A stretch of DNA of 32,000 bases from Acaryochloris marina MBIC11017 (GTDB lineage: Bacteria; Cyanobacteriota; Cyanobacteriia; Thermosynechococcales; Thermosynechococcaceae), in NCBI RefSeq assembly GCF_000018105.1, contig NC_009928.1, forward strand, positions 180,001 through 212,000, read 5' to 3'. The position numbers and the translations under genes are program-made. Below the pieces are notes generated by a model. It saw nothing but the letters and a program-made list of their open reading frames with translations, was not told the origin of the DNA and made no database searches. Positions 25,219-32,000 of the stretch are shown one piece after another (the stretch's first letter is position 1; the number at the start of each line of letters is the position of its first letter).

Positions 25219-26147
25219 AGAAAGGCAGATTTACCGAAGTAATCTCTGAAGCAAAACTTGCTCAGAAGCTAGATTCTGAGCAAATCGAGGATCAAAGAAG
25301 TGGAAATATTCCTCTCACAAAAATTAGCCTACCTAAGCAACAGCCCAGACGATATTTTGATCCTGCAAAGATGCAAGATCTCATTCTATCCATTTCTAAA
25401 AATGGGATCTTAGAACCGCTCCTAGTTCGACCTTTACCTAGAAGCAAATATGAACTTGTGGCGGGCGAGCGACGTTTGCGAGCTGCAAAAGCTTTAAAGC
25501 TAAAAGAAGTACCTGCTGTTATTCGAAAGTTAGATGACGATCAAGCATTACAACTTGCGATCATTGAAAACCTACAACGTGAAGATCTCAACCCAGTTGA
25601 AGAAACTGAGGCTATCATTGGTCTCATTTCCATACAGGTCAAAATAAACACTAGTGAGGTTCCTTCTCTTCTATACAAAATGCAGAATGAGGAGAAGGGG
25701 AAAATTACCCCAAGCGTTTGGGGTAATCCTAATGGAGATGCAATATTAGAAGTATTTGAGAATTTAGGGCTGAATTGGAAATCGTTTGTAAAAACTCGAC
25801 TACCTTTACTTAAGCTTCCTTCTGACGTTCTAGAGTCTCTTATGCAGGGGCAAATAGAATACACAAAAGCGACAGAAATAAGTCGCATTAAAGATGAAAG
25901 TCAACGGAAGGAGTTTTTATCAGATGCCATCGATAAAGATCTGTCACTAAAAGAGATAAAGACACATATCAAGGCGCTAAAGACTAACAAAGAAGCGGTA
26001 GGTATCGTTCTAAAGTCTAGATTCTCAAATACATATACTAGTTTCAAAAAATCAAAAGTCTGGGATAATCCCAAAAAACAAAAGCAACTTGAAAAACTGA
26101 TACTAGAGTTTGAAACTAAAATCGCTAAGCTAATTGAGGATGATTAA
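25215..26147 (+). CDS. parB: ParB-family partition protein
   Basis: ParB N-terminal motifs ILEPLLVRPL and YELVAGERRLRAAKAL. The TTG start overlaps the parA stop (TTGA). Confidence 0.85.
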   Translation: MKKGRFTEVISEAKLAQKLDSEQIEDQRSGNIPLTKISLPKQQPRRYFDPAKMQDLILSISKNGILEPLLVRPLPRSKYELVAGERRLRAAKALKLKEVPAVIRKLDDDQALQLAIIENLQREDLNPVEETEAIIGLISIQVKINTSEVPSLLYKMQNEEKGKITPSVWGNPNGDAILEVFENLGLNWKSFVKTRLPLLKLPSDVLESLMQGQIEYTKATEISRIKDESQRKEFLSDAIDKDLSLKEIKTHIKALKTNKEAVGIVLKSRFSNTYTSFKKSKVWDNPKKQKQLEKLILEFETKIAKLIEDD

Positions 26148-26345
26148 TTTTGATTTTGGTTTTTATCGCTCAGAATGCTAAGAGAAAAAACTGCTCGCCA
26201 CTAGACCAGTTTCTGGAAGTTGGTTTTGAAGCGAAAGTCGGCTAAAGATGATACCAGTGAGGATATCCACAGATCGGTAATGTCGCCATCACAAAGCCGT
26301 TCCATTCCTTTACTCCGCTCCCTGCCTTTACTTGGAGATGTTGCA

Positions 26346-26768
26346 TTACTTGAGCATTGAGTCTTCACACGGTTGAACAGCCTGAACTCTTATTTCTTGA
26401 ATCCACACATAGCTGAAATCTTCAAATTCTTCCCCAGGCATGGCGACACGATTCGTTCCCTTTTGCCTAGTAATGTATTTATCTCGCCATATTTCCCAGG
26501 CGAGGATAGAGGGATGCTCTATATCTATGCTGAACTTAGTCCATGATTTCTTTTGAAATCGCGAAAAATCAAGACGCATCAGTTTGGACTTAACTTCAAT
26601 CAAATTCAAATCAATCAGCTTCTGAATAACGGCTGCATATTCGGTTGGAGGCTCACCATGGTTAATGATTGGCATCTCACAATACAGTTTAATTGTCTTA
26701 CTAGGATACTTTTTGGCAAGCCGTAAAATCGCTAATTGTTTGAGGGAAAGAGTTGGGATACAAATCAT
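26346..26768 (-). CDS. Hypothetical protein (140 aa), paralog of 27349-27753
   Basis: GGAGG lies 6 nt upstream of the ATG. It aligns along its full length with the 134-aa ORF: MI.IP.L...L..L..AKKY..KT...CYE.PI...PP......IQKL.D..LIEV.SK ... PSI.AW..WR...I..Q ... PGE.FE.FS.VWIQEI. Confidence 0.65.
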   Translation of the reverse strand: MICIPTLSLKQLAILRLAKKYPSKTIKLYCEMPIINHGEPPTEYAAVIQKLIDLNLIEVKSKLMRLDFSRFQKKSWTKFSIDIEHPSILAWEIWRDKYITRQKGTNRVAMPGEEFEDFSYVWIQEIRVQAVQPCEDSMLK

Positions 26769-26885
26769 TTGATTCCTCCGCGCTAGCAGAATAGTAGCAT
26801 CAACCCAACCACTCAGCCCCAGGCTCCCCTAAAACCTGTTGCTTTATTTAAAGGATGGCTTACTACATATATTCACTGTAAATTT

Positions 26886-27224
26886 GTGCGATCGCTCGGC
26901 CAACACCATGAAATTAGTGGGAACAATCTAACTACCAAAAGACTCAACTTCATCAACGCAGGTTATAGGAGGTTCCACTTGACTGATTCCACAAATAGGC
27001 AAGAGAACTGCGAGTTAGGGCGGCAGCTTTGGAGTCTAAAGAATCTAGCAGAACAAACCAATGTCGCTGCTAAACAGGCTGAACAAAAGTCTCGCACTAT
27101 TGGACAAGTTAGTCTCGCCCGTAAATTATTGGATATCCAACGGCAAGTTTGTGTTCTTCAACTAACACTCAAAGATTCTGAAATTCAGGATTGGACTGGG
27201 ACGCAAATGCAAATACCATTTTAA
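26886..27224 (+). CDS. Doubtful ORF (112 aa, GTG start) between the two paralogs
   Basis: The only support is that it is the longest open frame in the 580-bp gap. There is no ATG, no clear RBS and no motif. Confidence 0.2.
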   Translation: MRSLGQHHEISGNNLTTKRLNFINAGYRRFHLTDSTNRQENCELGRQLWSLKNLAEQTNVAAKQAEQKSRTIGQVSLARKLLDIQRQVCVLQLTLKDSEIQDWTGTQMQIPF

Positions 27225-27348
27225 TCTCTTAATTACTCACACTCGGACAATACCTGACGCATCTTCCAAAGCCGCTACCAAGTCTTACATCTAGGATTAT
27301 CAATCAAAAGTCATGCTCCTACCTCAAGAACAAGCCACTAGCTTCTTG

Positions 27349-27753
27349 CTATTGGGGTTGGGTTGCATGAAAATTGATTTCTTGTATCCAGACATCGCTA
27401 AACTCCTCAAAACCCTCCCCAGGTAAAAGGACATGGGGAGCCTCTTGTTGACTGGCAATGAATTCTTTGCGCCACAACTTCCAAGCCCGTATAGAGGGCA
27501 GCTCCAAATCCGCGCAGTATTCATACCAGCTATCCCTTTCAAAGAGTGAGGGACCACTGAGGACTTGCTTGGATTCGACTTCAATCAAGCCACAATCTAC
27601 AAGTTTCTGGATGAAGGGAGGGGTCTTAATCGGTGGCTTTCTGGGATCAGTGATCGGGGTTTCATAGCAAATCCGCACGGTCTTACCAGAATACTTTTTG
27701 GCTGTTCTAAGTAGTTCTAATAGAGCCTGAGTTAAGGAGGGGATGGTGATCAT
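27349..27753 (-). CDS. Hypothetical protein (134 aa), paralog of 26346-26768
   Basis: See 26346-26768. ATG at 27753. Confidence 0.65.
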   Translation of the reverse strand: MITIPSLTQALLELLRTAKKYSGKTVRICYETPITDPRKPPIKTPPFIQKLVDCGLIEVESKQVLSGPSLFERDSWYEYCADLELPSIRAWKLWRKEFIASQQEAPHVLLPGEGFEEFSDVWIQEINFHATQPQ

Positions 27754-27928
27754 GGGCTAACCTCACACAGAATCATCGAATTCTCCCGCTAGGCACTCAC
27801 CCTGCCCATAAGGCCACTGCTTTCTTGCTCGATTTAGCTCAATCACCACCCAACCTAAGCCACTGTCATCCTATCAGAACCACCCAGCCCCCAAGTCCCC
27901 TCAGAGGCCAGGTACACCAGTTGCTTGC

Positions 27929-28588
27929 CTAGGATTTGGCAGCTTCTTGCTTCATCACATCAGCTAGGGTCACCCTCTTGGTTCCAGTCCGACGTTTCCC
28001 ACTACCACTAGCCACAACAGGAGTCGGGTCTTGAGGAACGGCCAACTCATCATCTAGTGGGTCAGGATCAACAGGCGGATCAAGGACCGGGACCGAGGAT
28101 TCATCCAAGATAGTCATGGATTCCTCCTCAGCCACGGGTGCAGCCTCCTCCAGGTCTTCCGTAATATCAGGAGTCAGATCCTCAGCCTCGACCTCAGAAG
28201 TATCCTCGACCGGGTTGTCGGCCAGGAATGCCTGGGTCTTGACCTTGAACCAATCGAGAGCCTGATCATGGAGATTCCAATGGGCATCAATTCGATCCGT
28301 GAGCTGAGTTTTGATGAGCGCTTGGACGAATGCCGTCTCCTGCTGACAACCTTTGCGGTAGACCGCCACAGTTCGTTCCTTTACCTCCTCAAAGATGGGG
28401 CCATGCTTCTGGCTTACTTTGAACAGGCCCCAAGAGCAGAGAGCAGTGAAGTTTTTCCAGCCCTGGATTTCCTTGCGAATGACGAACAGGAAGGCTTTGT
28501 TTGCAACTAGGCCCACTTGGGTAGCAGCACTGTCGATGACTTCGGTGTGGTCAGCTTGTTGGATTTTGACAGAAGTTATCAATTTCAT
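27929..28588 (-). CDS. Hypothetical protein (219 aa) with an acidic, Pro-rich C-terminal half and a basic tail
   Basis: The ATG at 28588 is preceded by AAGGA. The C-terminal half reads ...EDTSEVEAEDLTPDITEDLEEAAPVAEEE...DPPVDPDPLDDE...GKRRTGTKR. Confidence 0.65.
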   Translation of the reverse strand: MKLITSVKIQQADHTEVIDSAATQVGLVANKAFLFVIRKEIQGWKNFTALCSWGLFKVSQKHGPIFEEVKERTVAVYRKGCQQETAFVQALIKTQLTDRIDAHWNLHDQALDWFKVKTQAFLADNPVEDTSEVEAEDLTPDITEDLEEAAPVAEEESMTILDESSVPVLDPPVDPDPLDDELAVPQDPTPVVASGSGKRRTGTKRVTLADVMKQEAAKS

Positions 28589-28880
28589 GAGTGTTGTCCT
28601 TTAAATAACGAATAGTGGATAGGGCGCGACTGGTATGTGCCACCGAGTCGGCCAAGTGGATATTGAGAAAACGCAAGGGGTTGTTTTGGCCTCGCGTGAG
28701 AATATACCCTCGGGAAAAATCAGGCTCGATGGAGAGCCGTGGTGAGGTGGATTTGGAGAAAAACTTTGGGTGGGAGTGGTCCCTTTCCGGCCCGATCCAA
28801 CGTTCACGGGGACGGGCGTTTACCGAGGTGCCTTCTCGCTGATTTTCAAGGGTAATCAGGAACCTTTGTCTTGGAACCAT
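28551..28880 (-). CDS. Doubtful ORF (109 aa) overlapping the next gene by 38 nt
   Basis: ATG ORF in a GC-rich stretch where three frames are open. Weak RBS and no motif. Confidence 0.3.
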   Translation of the reverse strand: MVPRQRFLITLENQREGTSVNARPRERWIGPERDHSHPKFFSKSTSPRLSIEPDFSRGYILTRGQNNPLRFLNIHLADSVAHTSRALSTIRYLKDNTHEIDNFCQNPTS

Positions 28881-28973
28881 CCTAATCTAGACAGATATGG
28901 GAATCAAGGAATGCATACTAGGAATTGCTTATGAGTACTGGGGGATCTATAAGCTAGAGCTAGTGTGCTTAGA

Positions 28974-30422
28974 TTACCTTCCACGGCTGGGACCTCGATC
29001 AATATCCGGTCCACGGTCCTGCCCAGGTGGAGGTGGCTGCTCTCGTTTCTTCATCTTCCAGCCTTCACGCATAATCTCCCCCGTGTAGTGCTGGCTAGCG
29101 CGTTCTCCTTTTCGAGCTTCGAGGTCGCGTATCATAGGCGAAAAAGAAAGGATTTTCTTGACCTGGAAACTAGAAATTCCCTGCTTAAAGGCATTGGTAG
29201 CCAGTCTCACCAGAAACTCCTGTGATTCTTCCTCGCTAATCTCTGCGGATAGCCGATTGTAAGCCAGTTGATTGATGTCCCGGTCCATCTGCTCTCGGGT
29301 TTCCTTTGAGATAGACTGTCCTTGCCTGAAATCTTTCTCGACATCGCTAATTTCCCCTAGCGCTTGTGCCGATTTACCCAATTGTTCAGCCACACCATAC
29401 CAAGTCTGGAGTGAATGCAATCCTTCTTTAAAGTCATCAAAATCCTTATTCATTAGCCTTGTAGCTAGATCAGGAAAAGGCTTTCCTTGTTCGTAAGCTA
29501 TTACATATGCTTTGGCATTATCTTGAAGAACACGACCTCGACCAACGGCTGAAGCGTAGATCGGCAACGTACTGGAGTTGGGAATATCCCATTGTTGAAT
29601 TTGCTTCCCAGTGACTTGCCTCACCAAGCGCTCCATCAGCGTAGCCATTTGGAATGGACCCACACCCCCTGGAACTGGAGTAATATTCAGCGGAATATCG
29701 TAGGCAGATCGGTTGACATCTCCCAGAATCGGAGAATCAGCGAGAGGGATGAAGCCTGAATCTACAACTAACCGATGTTCAGGGATAATATGACGCTCGT
29801 CTAATTCATTCGGGCTTCCCATCGCTGAGACGACAATATTAGCTTGCCTTGTCAAAGTAAGATCATCATTTTTATCGAGGCCAATGACACTGATTCCAGA
29901 CTCTTCCAGGAGTCGAGTTACCCCGCCACCCACAAATCCTTCTGCGCCCACAACAGCAACAACATCATTTTCTTGAGCAAACGGTTCGACTATACGGAAT
30001 ATGGTTTCTGAGGTAGCTGAGACCCGAAAGAATGGATTATCCCTCCTTAAACCATCTATATCTTTCTCATAAGAAATTTCTGATAGCCAACTCTTAAAAT
30101 CTTCAGGGAAAGGATTTTGAACGATTACAGATATAGACTTTTTATTTACATGTTTGAGTAATCTGCCAAATTCTACACTCGTTGTGGAGGCATCCAAGTT
30201 GAGATGTTCAACCTCACAACCTAGCGCTTTAAAGGTTTTTACCTTATGTTCTGTTGAAAATCTGGCTGCCTCATACTTAGCCAAGAGAGTAGGATCTTCT
30301 AGATTAGGTGGTGGACTTAAGCGGATAATTGTTACACGCTGATTCGAAAAATCACCTGAAAATGGAGCTAGTATAGTTTTTACCTTTTTTAATACTGGCC
30401 CCCCAGTAACTTTATTGACCAC
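28974..30422 (-). CDS. FolD-like (methylene-THF dehydrogenase/cyclohydrolase fold) protein fused to an unknown ~210-aa C-terminal domain
   Basis: 482 aa. FolD-type landmarks are HKVK (59-62), VQNPFP (101-106), KDIDGL (120-125), a Rossmann VAVVGAEGFVGGG and TPVPGGVGP (248-256). Residues about 273-482 are unassigned and end in KKREQPPPPGQDRGPDIDRGPSRGR. The GTG start overlaps the upstream gene by 11 nt. Confidence 0.75.
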   Translation of the reverse strand: MVNKVTGGPVLKKVKTILAPFSGDFSNQRVTIIRLSPPPNLEDPTLLAKYEAARFSTEHKVKTFKALGCEVEHLNLDASTTSVEFGRLLKHVNKKSISVIVQNPFPEDFKSWLSEISYEKDIDGLRRDNPFFRVSATSETIFRIVEPFAQENDVVAVVGAEGFVGGGVTRLLEESGISVIGLDKNDDLTLTRQANIVVSAMGSPNELDERHIIPEHRLVVDSGFIPLADSPILGDVNRSAYDIPLNITPVPGGVGPFQMATLMERLVRQVTGKQIQQWDIPNSSTLPIYASAVGRGRVLQDNAKAYVIAYEQGKPFPDLATRLMNKDFDDFKEGLHSLQTWYGVAEQLGKSAQALGEISDVEKDFRQGQSISKETREQMDRDINQLAYNRLSAEISEEESQEFLVRLATNAFKQGISSFQVKKILSFSPMIRDLEARKGERASQHYTGEIMREGWKMKKREQPPPPGQDRGPDIDRGPSRGR

Positions 30423-30900
30423 CTGCTAACCTATCTAAAATTTCTGACACTGAGGTGAATGAAACTCTAGAAAACAGTTCCTCTTGTTCAGATTCACTCA
30501 GCACAACTTCTTTACGCTCCCACACATTGAAAGTTGAAGATAGAGGCCAAACGAGATAAATCTTTGTCAATCGGTCTGGAGTACCGATATTCTCAAACGA
30601 GTCAGCCACTGAGAACATTCCATAGTGACAGATCCAAGTAACATCGGTAATTTTAGTTGGGTCAAGTAATTCAGGATATTGGTTTGCAACCGCTAGGGCT
30701 AACTCTTCAAAGTGCCTAGAAACATGTTTTCCCATTTCGTTGTTGCTATAAAGTTCTGATGCCACCACATAAGCTTTCTGGGTTTGGTCATCAGAATAAA
30801 TCCTGAGTAAACAATGACTCGGATCATCAGCTTGCCAATGAAAAATGGTCTCAACCACGGGGCTAAGCTTATGGGCTGCAATGACTTCTTTGCTGATCAT
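30412..30900 (-). CDS. Hypothetical protein (162 aa)
   Basis: The ATG lies 4 nt after the GT2 stop, with GAGG upstream. No motif recognised. Confidence 0.6.
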   Translation of the reverse strand: MISKEVIAAHKLSPVVETIFHWQADDPSHCLLRIYSDDQTQKAYVVASELYSNNEMGKHVSRHFEELALAVANQYPELLDPTKITDVTWICHYGMFSVADSFENIGTPDRLTKIYLVWPLSSTFNVWERKEVVLSESEQEELFSRVSFTSVSEILDRLAGGQ

Positions 30901-30904
30901 GTCG

Positions 30905-31660
30905 CTACCTCGCGAATGCTGGTAATGGAGTCTGAGATTTCTGTTGGTACTTCTGAATCGCCTGGGGCATCCAATCAGCCCAATCTGCCCTTATTCCTCC
31001 ATAGGCTAAGCGCTCATCATAGAGCTGTTGCAACTCCCTCGCCCATTCAACATAGCCTGATTGTCCAATAATGCCGTCCGTGGTCTGAATGTAATTTACT
31101 AAGACTTTAGGATTGAAGAAAAATTGTTCGCCCCAAGTGATGTCGCACTGGCTGATGCATTGGAGAAAAAACTCATAATCACAGAAGATCCTATAGTGGG
31201 GATTCCAACGTGGTGCCCCTATGCGTTGGTGAGTAAATCCATTGCTATCGAACAGCGAGCGCTGAGTAATCAGATCCTTAAGGGTCGTTTCAGGGTGAGG
31301 TGAGACAAAGGGGGTTCCCTGCTTGATCACCTGACCATCCTTAAGGACATCTCGACGACGCCATTGCTGGGGGAGGAAGAAGCGACACTGAGGCTGTTGT
31401 TCAATCCAAGTATTGATAGTTGCTACAAATTCAGCTCGAAGGCTATTGTCATCATCTAGGTAGCAGATATACTCTCCCCGAGCAGCATCTATGCCTAAGT
31501 TACGAGCAATGCAGAGACCAAAGCCTTCTGGGGGATGGTCAATTTCCAGGTATTGGTGAGCAAAGGGAAGTTCAGTAGATTGAATGAACTGACGGGTACC
31601 TGCATCTTTACCATCATTGATAATGACCCATTCAAAATCAAGGTCAGCTTGATTGAGCAA
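30905..31660 (-). CDS. Family-2 glycosyltransferase; the conserved N-terminus extends upstream of the listed TTG start
   Basis: Contains FEWVIINDGKDAGT and CYLDDDN (DxD). The same frame stays open up to 31780 and encodes FKLSIVTATRHRATTLKNNALSSLLNQ, the typical GT2 beta1-alpha1. There is no ATG, GTG or TTG between 31780 and 31660. Confidence 0.75.
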   Translation of the reverse strand: MLNQADLDFEWVIINDGKDAGTRQFIQSTELPFAHQYLEIDHPPEGFGLCIARNLGIDAARGEYICYLDDDNSLRAEFVATINTWIEQQPQCRFFLPQQWRRRDVLKDGQVIKQGTPFVSPHPETTLKDLITQRSLFDSNGFTHQRIGAPRWNPHYRIFCDYEFFLQCISQCDITWGEQFFFNPKVLVNYIQTTDGIIGQSGYVEWARELQQLYDERLAYGGIRADWADWMPQAIQKYQQKSQTPLPAFAR

Positions 31661-31859
31661 GCTAGAAAGGGCGTTATTTTTGAGGGTTGTAGCCCGGTGA
31701 CGAGTGGCTGTGACAATCGATAGCTTGAATGGTTGATCTCCTATGATTAGTCCAAAAGAAGACTGAGAATAGTTACAAGTTCAATTATATGCCTTGTATA
31801 ATTCCGATTGTGATAGAAAGCCCGATCTATGATGGAGCTAGCCTTTCCAGGTGCCCCAG

Positions 31860-32000
31860 ATGGCTTATCCCCTCTCAGCCACCAAACTCATCACCTACCA
31901 GCAGTGCCCCAAAGCCTACAACTTCAGATATGAGCGGGGACTCTCTTCACCCTCTGCCTTCGGTTCGCCTGCCTTTGGGATTGCCCTTCACAAAACTCTC
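31860..32000 (+). CDS. Second PD-(D/E)XK Cas4/RecB-like nuclease paralog; partial, runs off the window
   Basis: MAYPLSATKLITYQQCPKAYNFRYERGLSSPSAFGSPAFGIALHKTL parallels 16087-16905. Homology continues upstream to the ATG at 31832 in another frame, because of a 2-nt length difference near 31877. Confidence 0.7.
   Translation, partial: MAYPLSATKLITYQQCPKAYNFRYERGLSSPSAFGSPAFGIALHKTL

Noticed and set aside
28601-29496. Several 60-86-aa ORFs on both strands (28601-28807, 28615-28842, 28897-29088, 28965-29225, 29272-29496).
   Set aside because: They overlap or are antisense to longer minus-strand genes in a GC-richer stretch where stops are rare, and they have no motifs.

Overview
This window is mosaic, IS-riddled accessory DNA that looks like part of a cyanobacterial plasmid. 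Supporting evidence: a parA/parB pair at 24622-26147, two perfect HIP1 octamers (GCGATCGC) at 21517 and 26888, a PBS-lyase-type HEAT-repeat gene, an RcaC-architecture regulator and DUF1816-like genes. No rRNA, tRNA or CRISPR array was seen.

The background is roughly 50% GC in the lines I hand-counted. It is interrupted by three strongly AT-rich blocks (17-30% GC in hand-counted lines) at 2950-7394, about 11190-11990 and 13366 to about 15900. Each block abuts an IS end.

Mobile DNA is dense and nested:
- Two inverted copies of an IS5/Harbinger-like IS bracket a frameshifted serine recombinase (1-2199).
- An intact IS200-type tnpA element lies at 2200-2727. A 120-bp tnpA-less derivative of it sits precisely inside another transposase relic at 7771-7890.
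- An IS630 relic and a TnpB relic are present.
- There is a degraded IS4-family copy (9746-11047) plus a second end fragment (17230-17454).
- An IS1-family element (12430-13365) is itself split by a 137-bp TIR-MITE with an 8-bp target duplication.
- An intact IS5-family element with a TAA duplication lies at 23122-24018.

Best candidates for an undescribed system:
1. The AT-rich two-gene cassette at 13489-15667. It pairs a HEAT-repeat protein with an E1/ThiF-like adenylyltransferase that has an extra N-terminal domain and no catalytic-Cys region. No Ubl, E2 or JAB partner is present.
2. The AT-rich island at 2950-7394. It carries a membrane protein with seven 16-aa repeats, two tandem small paralogous genes, and a REC-wHTH-HPt-pseudoREC regulator.
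3. The minus-strand operon at 31780-27929, which runs GT2, a 162-aa unknown, a FolD-like dehydrogenase fused to an unknown 210-aa domain, then two unknowns. It is followed by a duplicated 134/140-aa gene module and flanked by Cas4-like PD-(D/E)XK nuclease paralogs.

All family assignments come from motif recognition by eye. None was checked against a database.
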